A stretch of 64,000 nucleotides of DNA from the NCBI GenBank assembly GCA_963766975.1, contig CAVYCF010000012.1, positions 32,859 to 96,858 on the forward strand, given 5' to 3'. The translations under genes were made by a program, and so were the position numbers. This DNA is from an uncultured Acidobacteriaceae bacterium (GTDB lineage: Bacteria > Acidobacteriota > Terriglobia > Terriglobales > Acidobacteriaceae). Positions within the stretch are counted from its first letter, which is position 1; each line of letters begins with the position of its first letter. The notes under the pieces were generated by a model, which was not told where the DNA came from, ran no database searches, and worked only from the letters and a program-made list of their open reading frames with translations. Shown here one piece after another: positions 39,258 through 48,546 of the stretch.

Positions 39258-39262
39258 CCGCC

Positions 39263-40930
39263 ATGTTCCTCTTCCGGTTACAAATCAGCCGCTTTGTGAT
39301 TGCACTGCTTGCCGCCGGCGCAATGTTTGTTCCTTCTTCGGTTACATTTGCAGCTGACGCCGCTGCGTCCGACCCGCTGCTGAAGGCCATGCAGGCCGAA
39401 CTCGACCGCGAAAAAGACCAGCTGCTGCTCCCTGGCACCCAGAAGCCGTACTTTATCGAGTACCGCATCGATGACTTCTCTACCTATGAGGTACTCGCCA
39501 ACTACGGCGCGCTGGTTCGGGAGGAGTCCGGCCACCAGCGCATCGTGCGGGTGACGGTGCGGGTTGGGGACTACGCCGTCGATTCGAGCACCAATCGCGG
39601 GGAGGGAAGCGCGCAGTACGCGGCCGCCGACGACAACCCCGAAGCCGTGCGCTACGCGCTGTGGACGGCCACCGACGAAGCTTACATGAACGCACTGCGC
39701 GGTTACGCTGCCAAGCAGGCTGCATTGAAGCGCTTCGAGGGCACGCCGCAGGAGAAGGACTTCGCGGAAGAGAAGCCGACCACGCACATCAGCCCGTTGG
39801 TCTCGCTCGACATCAATCGCGAGGACTGGCGCAAGCGCATCGTCGATGCCAGCGGCCTCTATGCTTTCGATCCGGAGGTGCACACCAACGCCGCGAACGT
39901 GCAGTACTCGTCCGCAGACCTGCGCTGCCTGGCCGTGAACCGCTATCTGGTCAACACCGAGGGCACGGTCACGCGGCAGGGCTACACGGCCTACGCGGAC
40001 AATGTCTCGGTGGGGACACAGGCGCCGGACGGGATGCAGCTCTCCCGCGACAATGGCTCGACGGCGACGACCGCGGCAGGGTTGGAGTCCTGGCCGGACC
40101 TGCGCAAGCGCGTGATCGACAACCTGAAGAACCTGGAGGCGCTGCGCATCGCGCCGCTGGTCTCCGCCGACGATTACCACGGTCCGGTGCTGTTCTCCGG
40201 CGATGCGGCCGCTGACCTCTTTACCGCGCTCTTCGTCCCCAACATCCAGGCGGTGCGCCCGGAGATAGGAACGACGGCGCGCGCTCAGGGCGAGTATGCC
40301 GCCAGCTATCACTCGCGCGTCCTGCCGGATTTTCTCTCCGTCACGGATGATCCGTTGACGACGACTTTCGACGGCCACTCGCTGCTGGGCGCCTATGAGG
40401 TGGACGACGAGGGCGTGGCGGCGCAGCCGGTCGACGTGGTGCGCAACGGCACGCTGGAGAACTACCTCACGGGACGGACGCCGATCCGCGACTTTCCCGA
40501 GTCGAACGGCCACGGGCGCGCTGTGATCGGCCAGGCCGCGCATGCGCGGGCCGGCGTGCTGATCGTGAAGTCGTCGCAGCCCATGTCCTCGGCGGCGCTC
40601 TTTGCGAAGCTCACCTCGATGGCGAAGGACGAGGGACACGATGTGTACTACGTCGAGACGCTGGGGGGGCCTCTTGCCCCGCGCGTACTTTACCTCGTCC
40701 ATGCGGACGGTACGCGCACTCTGGTACGCGGGGCGGTCTTCGATGAGTTAGACACGCGCAGCCTGCGTTCGGACATTCTCGCTGCGGGCGATGACGCGCA
40801 TGTCGGCAATGTCATCACACCTGTTCCGTCGACGACGATCGCGCCTTCGCTGCTGATCGATGATGTGGGCGTGAAGCGAGCCGACGCCGCGCAGCAGAAG
40901 CTGCCCTACTATCCGCCGCCGGCGGAGTAG
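39263..40930 (+). CDS. TldE/PmbA-like partner with signal peptide
   Basis: GPVLFSG without HExxH; DDEGV...NGTLENYL and SNGHGR. It starts 5 nt after tldD. Confidence 0.8.
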   Translation: MFLFRLQISRFVIALLAAGAMFVPSSVTFAADAAASDPLLKAMQAELDREKDQLLLPGTQKPYFIEYRIDDFSTYEVLANYGALVREESGHQRIVRVTVRVGDYAVDSSTNRGEGSAQYAAADDNPEAVRYALWTATDEAYMNALRGYAAKQAALKRFEGTPQEKDFAEEKPTTHISPLVSLDINREDWRKRIVDASGLYAFDPEVHTNAANVQYSSADLRCLAVNRYLVNTEGTVTRQGYTAYADNVSVGTQAPDGMQLSRDNGSTATTAAGLESWPDLRKRVIDNLKNLEALRIAPLVSADDYHGPVLFSGDAAADLFTALFVPNIQAVRPEIGTTARAQGEYAASYHSRVLPDFLSVTDDPLTTTFDGHSLLGAYEVDDEGVAAQPVDVVRNGTLENYLTGRTPIRDFPESNGHGRAVIGQAAHARAGVLIVKSSQPMSSAALFAKLTSMAKDEGHDVYYVETLGGPLAPRVLYLVHADGTRTLVRGAVFDELDTRSLRSDILAAGDDAHVGNVITPVPSTTIAPSLLIDDVGVKRADAAQQKLPYYPPPAE

Positions 40931-40965
40931 CCGATATCACTTTCGCGCCGATGAGGACTGCGCCG

Positions 40966-41904
40966 CTAGTTCTCCGTGGGCGGTTCGATGTGGTCGATGA
41001 CAAACGCATCGACCTGGGCCTTCTGCCTGACGAGCTTGAGGCCAAGCTGTTTTTCAAGTGCGGGGGAGAACTGCGGAACGCCAATCGCGTCGTCCGCATT
41101 CGGAGATGCTGCATCGGGCGGAACAGGCGGCGCAAACTCCAGTACTGCATCGTAGTGAGCCGTCAGGCCGGTGCTGTCTACGACAGGAATGCCTTCGCGG
41201 CTCGCCATCTGGGAGAGCGCGTTAGCGATCTGGTCCATGGTGACGTCCAGCATCTCGATGCGGCGCTCTCCGCTGTGGCTCAACTCGCGGTTGAAGATGC
41301 CACAACCCACACGATATTGTTCATAGGACGGGTACGCATGCGGATACTTCGTCGCGTCCGTTACGGAGGATGGCAGCGTGCAGGGCTCGCCTTCGGTGTG
41401 CGGCTTCAGTCCCAGGCCTGGCTTATCGACGACGAGCTGGAAGACCTCGCCGTCACGCTTCTCAATGTGCGCGGCAAAATGGAACCGCTCTTCGAGCATG
41501 GAGCGCACCATCTGGCGCACGTCGTCGCGTGTAGGAGTGCCCTCGGCGCGCGCTTCGATGGCGAACCAGCCTCCGTTTCTGATGTCGTTGTATGACTTGG
41601 GGAGATCTTGGAGGGCCTGCTGCCGGAGTTCAGAACTGCGCAGGTCGTAGGCGAAGGCAATTAAATGAGCCAAGTGCACATTCCAGCGGAAGAGGCCGCC
41701 GGGCGGTGGCGCCATCTTGCTGACCGGATCGAGGAAGTCGGTGCCGATCAAGCCTGCGTTAAGACTGCTGGGCCGGATGGACACGGCGTCGAACTCAAGC
41801 TTGTGGGCCGCGGCGGGCGGCTGCGCGGTCTGGGCGAGTGCAGCACAGGGGAAGAAGGCGCAGGCGGAGAGAATTGTGGCGGAAAATAGGCGCATCTTTT
41901 TCAT
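40966..41904 (-). CDS. TIGR03435/DUF3738-family exported protein
   Basis: FDAVSIRPS, LIAFAYDL, MVRSMLEERF, PVVDSTGL...YD and LEKQLGLKL...VIDHIEPPTEN. Confidence 0.9.
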   Translation of the reverse strand: MKKMRLFSATILSACAFFPCAALAQTAQPPAAAHKLEFDAVSIRPSSLNAGLIGTDFLDPVSKMAPPPGGLFRWNVHLAHLIAFAYDLRSSELRQQALQDLPKSYNDIRNGGWFAIEARAEGTPTRDDVRQMVRSMLEERFHFAAHIEKRDGEVFQLVVDKPGLGLKPHTEGEPCTLPSSVTDATKYPHAYPSYEQYRVGCGIFNRELSHSGERRIEMLDVTMDQIANALSQMASREGIPVVDSTGLTAHYDAVLEFAPPVPPDAASPNADDAIGVPQFSPALEKQLGLKLVRQKAQVDAFVIDHIEPPTEN

Positions 41905-43475
41905 CGTTCGTCTCGCGTTTCGTTCGGAAGTTGTGCAAGTTGAAAATAGGAACTCGGCAGCGTGAGTGACACACGCGCGCGCCCGGTCACGGTGTAGTGG
42001 GTAAAATGCACGACCGTTCCGGGGCACAGAGGCAGGCCGACCGTGCGATACAGGTCGTAGCCATCGTGCCAGTCGGGGAAGAGATTCACCAGCACGGGTT
42101 GGACCACATAAATGCTGTCTCGCAATGAGCTGGCATGCAGGGTCCCGGCCCATGTGGCTGCGGTCAGTGGAGCATTCGGCATCCACGCCTGAGCAGCACA
42201 CTGTTTCGGGTACCATGTTGCGCTTACATGCGTCAGTGGCGGCGCTCCCATCGCCGAGCGGCAGATCAGCTGGTTATAGCGATCCAACGGGTGCGCCGCG
42301 CAGACGCCGAAACCCGCTACCGCAAAGTCCTGCGTGTCCGAAATCGCAGCCGTGGCATCACTGCCAGCCTGCAACTCCGTCACCGCCAGCGTCAGTCGCA
42401 TCGTCGCTGAACTGGAGACGAAGCGCTTCAGTTGGTCCCGGCTCAACATGATCTCCACCTGCCCGCGGTGCGTGCCGGGAAGGATGTGCAGCGGCTCCGA
42501 TGTCCACCATGGTGCAGTCCAATGCCATCCGCTGCTCGCGTCTTCGATCGCAATCTTCACGTCGTCGAGTTGCACCGCCGCGCCCTCTGCAACTCCTGAA
42601 AAGTCGACCGGCACCTGGACATAAAGCATGCCCGGCCGTTCAGAAGGCCCGACGCGCACCGGGGGCATAATATACATCGCATTCGTCTTGACGGGCATTG
42701 CCAACTGCAACGGGTCCGCGCCGGAGACTGGATACAGGCGATCGATCGTGCTCTCGTGAATCGCGGTAAACGCCCCCGCCAGGCAGGTCGCAAGCAGTAC
42801 AGTGCCGACAGCCACACCGCGCGCCACCCACGTGCTGCGCACCGCGTATTGCAGTCCAAGCGTAAGCATCGCTCCCGCGATAAGCACGGCGACCACCCAC
42901 ATGTGGTGGTCGTTCGGCACCGTCGAATCGTATCCGCTGCGCGGCATGGTTGCCAGATTTGAGCCTACGATCAGGGCCACCACGATGCCGCAGGAGGTCA
43001 GTGCCATGCGGGCGATGTTTCCTGTGATTGCGGCTGTCACCAGCAGCGGTAAAATTACGCATCCGCTGAACACTGCCAGCATCGTGCCCCATCCTGCTGC
43101 GTTTGCATAGGGCGAGAATCCGCCTTCGCGCAGGATTGCGGCCTGGGTCAGAGTAAATGGCACATAGATCCATACCAGAGCGAATAGGGTTTTCGCGGCC
43201 AGCAGCGGCTTCCATTCGTAGGGACGCGTCAACCACCACTGGCGATCGCCAACCAAGCTCTCCGCTTGTACCAGGCGCGCAGCCAGCAATATCCAGGTAG
43301 CGAGCACCAGCAGAGGCAACAGTTCGAGTAGCGACTGCCAGCGCATGGCCGTTCGCGTAAAGCTCCATCGCTGGGGAGACCAGGCGGCAAACATTGCGAG
43401 CGCGACGAGCGAAGCCAGAATCTCCGGCCACAGATAGCGGGTGTCTTTGCGGAAGATGTGCAGGACCTGGTTCAT
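41901..43475 (-). CDS. ABC-2-type permease-like membrane protein
   Basis: HIFRKDTRYLW, GDRQWWLTRPY.W..LL.AK and multiple TM helices; coupled to both neighbours. Confidence 0.8.
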   Translation of the reverse strand: MNQVLHIFRKDTRYLWPEILASLVALAMFAAWSPQRWSFTRTAMRWQSLLELLPLLVLATWILLAARLVQAESLVGDRQWWLTRPYEWKPLLAAKTLFALVWIYVPFTLTQAAILREGGFSPYANAAGWGTMLAVFSGCVILPLLVTAAITGNIARMALTSCGIVVALIVGSNLATMPRSGYDSTVPNDHHMWVVAVLIAGAMLTLGLQYAVRSTWVARGVAVGTVLLATCLAGAFTAIHESTIDRLYPVSGADPLQLAMPVKTNAMYIMPPVRVGPSERPGMLYVQVPVDFSGVAEGAAVQLDDVKIAIEDASSGWHWTAPWWTSEPLHILPGTHRGQVEIMLSRDQLKRFVSSSATMRLTLAVTELQAGSDATAAISDTQDFAVAGFGVCAAHPLDRYNQLICRSAMGAPPLTHVSATWYPKQCAAQAWMPNAPLTAATWAGTLHASSLRDSIYVVQPVLVNLFPDWHDGYDLYRTVGLPLCPGTVVHFTHYTVTGRARVSLTLPSSYFQLAQLPNETRDER

Positions 43476-44437
43476 GCCTGGACCTTCTCTTTCTCGATGC
43501 TCCGTGACGGTGGCTGTGCGCTACGTTGTTTGCGGCCGGACTTCGCCATGGCGAGGAAGATCGCGCGCAGCGGCATCGGCCCGGCTTCAATGTTGCGCGC
43601 GGCGGGAAATCGTTCGCGCAGTTCGCGCTCGCTGGTATCGCCGCGGTATGCGCTGTGCACGAACCGCAGCACAGCGTCACCGGCCTCCGCCAGCAGCCAT
43701 TCGTGGGGCATTGCGTCCGGCAGTTGTGCCGGGCCATTCAGCGTGATCGTTATCTCGCGGAAGCGATCGGCCAGCGTACTCATCTCCTCGGAGAAGAGCA
43801 GACGCCCGTCCTCCATAAAGCCGACATGGCTGGCGAAGCTTTCAATCTCTGCCATGTCATGCGAGGAGAGGAAGATCGTCGTCTCCTGCGCGCGCTCCAG
43901 AATGCCCTCAATCAATTCATCGCGCACCAGTGGGTCAAGTCCGGCCAGCGGCTCGTCGAGCACTATCAGCTTCGGGCGATAGGCGAGCGAGCTGGCGAAG
44001 GCGGCCTTCATGCGCATGCCGCGCGAGAGGTGTTTGAGTTTGCGGTCGAGCGGCAGATCGAACTGGCGGACGAGCTCGCGCTCGAGCGCGCGGTCCCACT
44101 GCGGATAGAAAGCCGCGGGTGTAGTCGAGCATGGCGCCGACCGTCATGCGCGTCGGGCATCTCCTGGTTCTCCGAGACATAGCCGATGCGCGCAGAAGTT
44201 TTCGCCTGTGAGTGTGCGTGAATCTTCGCCGAGCACATCGGCGCGGCCAGCGGTGGCGCGGAGGATGTTCATCAGCACCTTGATCAGCGTGGTTTTGCCG
44301 GCGCCGTTGGCGCCGACCAGCGCATAGATCGCGCCTTCGGGGACGGTGAGGTCGATGCCGCGCAGCACCTCGGTCTCGCCAAAGCCTGCGCGGCCAAAGC
44401 TCTTGCTGAGGTCTTGTGTCTGGATCATGGGATTCAT
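43472..44437 (-). CDS. ABC transporter ATP-binding protein, about three frameshifts (~44200, ~44150, ~44112)
   Basis: GANGAGKTT, RIGYVSE, LSRGMRMK, LIVLDEPLAGLD and SSH. Confidence 0.9.
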
Positions 44438-44836
44438 CGCTTTGCCGGTCCTCCATCTGTTGCTGAGCCGCTGCCAGTGTTCCTCGATTGCGCCGACCAT
44501 CTCTTCGCGGTCGATGCCGAGCCGCTTGGCCTCGACGACCAGCTGCTCGATCTCCTGGCCGAGGAGCTGGGTGCGCTCGCGGCGGCTGGAGTCGGGCGGA
44601 GCGGCCACGACGGTGCCGATGCCGGGGCGGGTCTCCAGCAGGCCTTCGCTGATGAGGTGGGCGATGATCTTGTGCGCGGTGTTGGGGTTGATCTTGAGTT
44701 CCTTGCTGAGCGCGCGCACGGATGGATAGGGGTCGCCGGGGCGCATCTGCCCGGAGACCATGGCCCGCTTGGAGGCGTAGACGATCTGCTCGAAGAGCGA
44801 AATGCCTGGGCGGAATGGGACGCGGAACGGGATCAC
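44434..44836 (-). CDS. GntR-family (YtrA-like) regulator; true stop probably overlaps the ATPase ATG, with a frameshift at ~44460
   Basis: FEQIV...RPGDPYPSVRALSKELKINPNTAHK...RPGIGTVV. GGAGG RBS and a CGATGA overlap precede MNPM. Confidence 0.88.
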
Positions 44837-44838
44837 AT

Positions 44839-44861
44839 GTGTACTATTACAGCTAGTACAC
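44839..44861. promoter_or_regulatory. YtrA-type operator GTGTACTA-N7-TAGTACAC
   Basis: Perfect 8-bp inverted repeat 2 nt from the gntR start; it fits the GTGTA-N13-TACAC spacing known for YtrA boxes. Confidence 0.75.
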
Positions 44862-44904
44862 TAAAGCGCAAGAAGAATATTTCACCCTGCGGGCCGGCGG
44901 GGAA

Positions 44905-45639
44905 TTAGTTGGTGGAGACCGCATGCCCGACCTGCAAGCGCCGGTGCAGGGACGAGCAGATGAGGGCGGCAACCGCAAGTGCGCATGTCGTGGCGAGCCA
45001 GCGAATGCCTCTGGTTGGAGCGTAGGTGGCGAATGGACGTCCGGCGTGCATTGCCAGCAGGCGAAAGACAATCCCCACGGCAGCGACGACAGTCAAACAT
45101 GTGATCGCCAGGACCGCGAATGGCCGGCGCCACTGGGAAGAGAAGCCGGAACTCATGAGCAGTGCAAGTGTGGCGATGCACGACGCATCCATCAGCCATA
45201 CCCGATAGCTGAAGACCGGCAATGTCGAAAGACAGAGGACCCAGGCAAGCCGGGTCACTCCGTCCTGCCGCCCGAAAGCCAGCCACGCAAACGGCAGCGT
45301 AAACCAGAGACACCTTGCTATCGCCTGCAGGAATGGGCTGGATACCATCGCGACACGGCCAAAGAACATATCGACATGCCAACCGGCCGTCAGGTTGTGC
45401 AGCTGATATTGGACCCACATCGGGTAAAGCTGGCTCATGGTCCACACACTGGCGGTCGCGGCCGCAAAGGCTGCAGGCATGCGCCATGCGAATGAGATCA
45501 GCGTCCGCGCATAGGCGAACCGGAACCATGCGGTGCCGCGCGCCGCAGCAAGTTCGGTGAGGTCGCCGAAGATCGCTGTGCCGCGGCCTGCGCCTGCTGC
45601 GCGCTTCAATATCCACTCTGCGACCGTTGTCTTAGACAT
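44905..45639 (-). CDS. PadR-associated membrane protein (permease-prefix-like N-terminus)
   Basis: AEWIL...GTAIFGDLTE...WF motif followed by TM helices; overlaps the padR stop. Confidence 0.65.
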   Translation of the reverse strand: MSKTTVAEWILKRAAGAGRGTAIFGDLTELAAARGTAWFRFAYARTLISFAWRMPAAFAAATASVWTMSQLYPMWVQYQLHNLTAGWHVDMFFGRVAMVSSPFLQAIARCLWFTLPFAWLAFGRQDGVTRLAWVLCLSTLPVFSYRVWLMDASCIATLALLMSSGFSSQWRRPFAVLAITCLTVVAAVGIVFRLLAMHAGRPFATYAPTRGIRWLATTCALAVAALICSSLHRRLQVGHAVSTN

Positions 45640-46021
45640 ACGCTCGCACCTCGCACCATCTGCGTGGCCCATTAACGCGCGCTCTTTGCGCGTGAGTGGG
45701 GGACAGCAGTTCCAGCCCTTCCATCAGGCTGCGGTATGCCGCCTGCGCGCTGGCCACCGCTTTGCGCCCCTCGTCCGTCACCTGCACAAAGCGCTTCGCC
45801 CGACCACCGCGCTCAGGTGTGGGTGCGCCGTCGCGGAAGGTCACCAGCCCCTTGTCCTCCATGCGGTGCAGCGTGGTGTAGAGCGCGCCCGGCGACGCGT
45901 TGCGGCCTGTGCGCGCGGCGATCTCTTCGAGGATAGTGACGCCGTAGGCCTCATCGCCCAGCCGCAGTACGGCCAGCAGCACAATTTGTTCAAACTCGCC
46001 TAATGATTTCTCCGTCGCCAT
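45632..46021 (-). CDS. PadR-family transcriptional regulator
   Basis: LGEFEQIVLLAVLRL..EAYG...GALYTTLHRMEDKGLV...RAKRF..VT.EG. Confidence 0.93.
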   Translation of the reverse strand: MATEKSLGEFEQIVLLAVLRLGDEAYGVTILEEIAARTGRNASPGALYTTLHRMEDKGLVTFRDGAPTPERGGRAKRFVQVTDEGRKAVASAQAAYRSLMEGLELLSPTHAQRARVNGPRRWCEVRAYV

Positions 46022-46024
46022 AAT

Positions 46025-46041
46025 GTACTGCAATGTAGTAC
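46025..46041. promoter_or_regulatory. Candidate PadR operator GTACT-N7-AGTAC
   Basis: Inverted repeat 3 nt from the padR start codon. Confidence 0.45.
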
Positions 46042-46135
46042 TAATAGGCGCTTCTCGTCAAGCGTTATATTTTGGCCGCGAAATACCGCAAAAAGAAAGG
46101 AGTCTGGCAGTCTGATTCAGACGACCGGCAAAGGC

Positions 46136-46972
46136 CTAGTTCAGGCGGATCAGGTAGGGGATCGCGTTCGGGTCGGGGAGATTGATCGAGTTCAGGATGG
46201 CTTCGGCCGTGGCGCGGTCCTGATGGGAGGGATCGATGCGGACCCAGTGGCCGGTATTGCCGGCGAACTCGGCGACTTTGGCGGAGGGATAGCGCTGCTT
46301 GAGGTCGTTTTTGAGCTGCAGGGCGTCGATGGGGTCGATGAAGGCGCCGATCTGCACACACCACTTGCCCGCGGGGTCGGAGCCAGCGGGCGGCGGCCAG
46401 GCCTCGATGCGCACGCGTGCGGTGCCGGCGCGGTACATATCGATGGCTTTGGCTGCGCCGGCTGAGAGATCGAGGATGCGATTTTCGACGAACGGGCCCC
46501 GGTCGGTAATGCGCACGAGGACCTGCTGCTGGTTGGTGAGGTTGGTGACGCGGATGATGGTTCCCAGCGGCAAGGTGCGGTGCGCGGCGGTCATGCCGTT
46601 CTGGTCATACAGGGTGCCGTCGGAGGCCTTACGGCTGGTAAAGCCCGGGCCGTACCAGCTGGCGAGGCCGACCTCGCTCGAGATCGGATCGCCTGCTGGC
46701 TGGAGAGGTTCACCTGTATTTGGCATGCCTGGCGCGGCCCCGGAGGAATTTGGAGAGACGCCAGGCCGTGAAGGCGGAACGTTGGCGGCTGACTGCTGCG
46801 TCTCAATCGCAGGAGCGCTGGCCGCGGGCGGAGCGGAAACCGCTGTCTGCTTATGATGGCAGCCTGCGACTGCCAGCGTGAGCACCGGAAGCAGCACGGC
46901 CCAGCACAGTGATTTTGCCCCGCGCAGCAACTTTGCCCAGCGCAGCCACCGGAGGTCGAGGGACGACCTCAC
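46136..46972 (-). CDS. rlpA: Septal-ring lytic transglycosylase RlpA (DPBB + SPOR)
   Basis: Lipobox VAGC, GLASWYG, TAAHRTLPLGT, DRGPF...ILDLS and VQIGAF. Confidence 0.92.
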   Translation of the reverse strand: MRSSLDLRWLRWAKLLRGAKSLCWAVLLPVLTLAVAGCHHKQTAVSAPPAASAPAIETQQSAANVPPSRPGVSPNSSGAAPGMPNTGEPLQPAGDPISSEVGLASWYGPGFTSRKASDGTLYDQNGMTAAHRTLPLGTIIRVTNLTNQQQVLVRITDRGPFVENRILDLSAGAAKAIDMYRAGTARVRIEAWPPPAGSDPAGKWCVQIGAFIDPIDALQLKNDLKQRYPSAKVAEFAGNTGHWVRIDPSHQDRATAEAILNSINLPDPNAIPYLIRLN

Positions 46973-47187
46973 GGCTTCGGCGCGTCCTTGCCGGACTGGC
47001 GATCTTCCATGCGCTGGGCGAGCTTGTCGAGCTCCTGGGCGGCGCGGCGGAGGGCGACTGAGCCATTGCGGCGAACCTCCGGCACGACCTCATCGTTGAT
47101 GAATGCGATGACCCGGTGCAGTTCTTCTTCCCCTCGCGCGGCGGCGTCGCGTACCTGCTGCTCCCAGTTTTTGGTTTGGTTAGACAT
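46969..47187 (-). CDS. Small helical hypothetical protein
   Basis: 72 aa, with a 4-nt overlap with the rlpA start. Confidence 0.65.
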   Translation of the reverse strand: MSNQTKNWEQQVRDAAARGEEELHRVIAFINDEVVPEVRRNGSVALRRAAQELDKLAQRMEDRQSGKDAPKP

Positions 47188-47429
47188 TTCAGCGAAGAAC
47201 CTCGTCTCTCAGTATGTAGATGCGGTTTTGGGTGGGTCAATGCCGCAATGGGCGCGATCCAACGCCGAGTGCCCGACTGGTAATCCAAGAGTGGAGGGGC
47301 CCAGATGTGAGCAACGCAGTGCGTCTATCCCACCTTCGGGCCAATTCTCTACACACGAAGTCTCCTCGTCACTGGAGCTGTTTGCCGATACAGATAGAGG
47401 TGCAGAAGACAAAGGAACGGGGCCCACGC

Positions 47430-48437
47430 ATGTCCAGCAAGCTGCTGCTGCCGGTTTTGACCGCTGCCGTTGGCGCGGCTGCCTGCGCCGTGGGGCTGGC
47501 ACAGGCGGGGCAAACTTCGGCCGGGCAAGTTTCGCCTGTTCAGGCATCTACCCGCTTTGCCGGCCCGCAGCTGGTGGCGCATCTTGCCGCACCTGCGCCG
47601 ATTGGATTTACACCGGCCGGCTACTCGCCGGCGGGGCTGGCTTCCTTGGGGTCTTCTTCGAGTTCAGTAACCGCGGCGTACGTTGCCGCTCTGCCGCCGG
47701 TCTCCACGCAGTTTGAGTCGATCTTTATTGTGCCCTGCCGCGCGGCGGCTTCGGCGACCAGTGGCCCGGAGGTGGATTCAGACTCGGCCGATGGCGAACG
47801 CGAGCCCTGCGTCGAGGCGCCCCATCCAAACACCTATGCACGCTTTCTCGATTCGCCGGCGCCGTTTCCGCTGACGACGGCGCAGAAGGGCTGGCTGGCG
47901 GTCCACGATGTGAAGGACCCGGGAAACCTGGCCACCATCCTCTACAGTTCGGCAATTACCGTGGCGATGAATCCGCATACCGGCTTTGGGCCAGGGGTGG
48001 GCGGCTTTGCCCGCGCATCCATGTACAGCCTGAGCCAGGATGCGACGCAGGAGTTCGTCTCGACGTTCCTGGTCTCCTCGCTGGCGCATGAGGACCCGCG
48101 CTACCACCGCATGCCGACTGCGAGCGTGGCGCGGCGGCTGCTGCATGCCGTCGGGCATACGGTGATTGCGCAGAGCGACAGCGGGCGACCGATGCTGAAC
48201 TTTGCGACGCTGTCGGCGTACCCGGTCAGCGCAGAGCTGGCGAACCTGTATGTGCCGGGGCTACAGACGGACGGGCGCTCAACCGCCGACCGCATCCTGA
48301 CCGCCTACGCGACCGATCCGGTGGACAACATCATTACGGAGTTCCTGCCGGACGTGGCGCGGCGCATTCATGTGCGTGTGATCTTCGCGCAGCGGCTGCT
48401 GAACCAGATGTCGAGCGACAACTTTGTGCTGCCGTAG
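47430..48437 (+). CDS. Exported hypothetical protein
   Basis: Signal peptide MSSKLLLPVLTAAVGAAAC..., a low-complexity linker and a conserved-looking HEDPRYHR domain. Confidence 0.7.
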   Translation: MSSKLLLPVLTAAVGAAACAVGLAQAGQTSAGQVSPVQASTRFAGPQLVAHLAAPAPIGFTPAGYSPAGLASLGSSSSSVTAAYVAALPPVSTQFESIFIVPCRAAASATSGPEVDSDSADGEREPCVEAPHPNTYARFLDSPAPFPLTTAQKGWLAVHDVKDPGNLATILYSSAITVAMNPHTGFGPGVGGFARASMYSLSQDATQEFVSTFLVSSLAHEDPRYHRMPTASVARRLLHAVGHTVIAQSDSGRPMLNFATLSAYPVSAELANLYVPGLQTDGRSTADRILTAYATDPVDNIITEFLPDVARRIHVRVIFAQRLLNQMSSDNFVLP

Positions 48438-48546
48438 GCAGGCGAGGTTCTAGGTTCTAGGCGCTTGGTTCGAGGGGGCAGTCACTCAATATCTCTGTGA
48501 TGGCTTATTTCCGGATTGCCGGTGACTCGGGAATCACCAACCTTGG

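Noticed and set aside
44144-44836. Apparent GntR-ABC ATPase fusion
   Set aside because: A GGAGG RBS and a CGATGA stop/start overlap at 44434-44437 indicate two genes joined by a 1-nt error.
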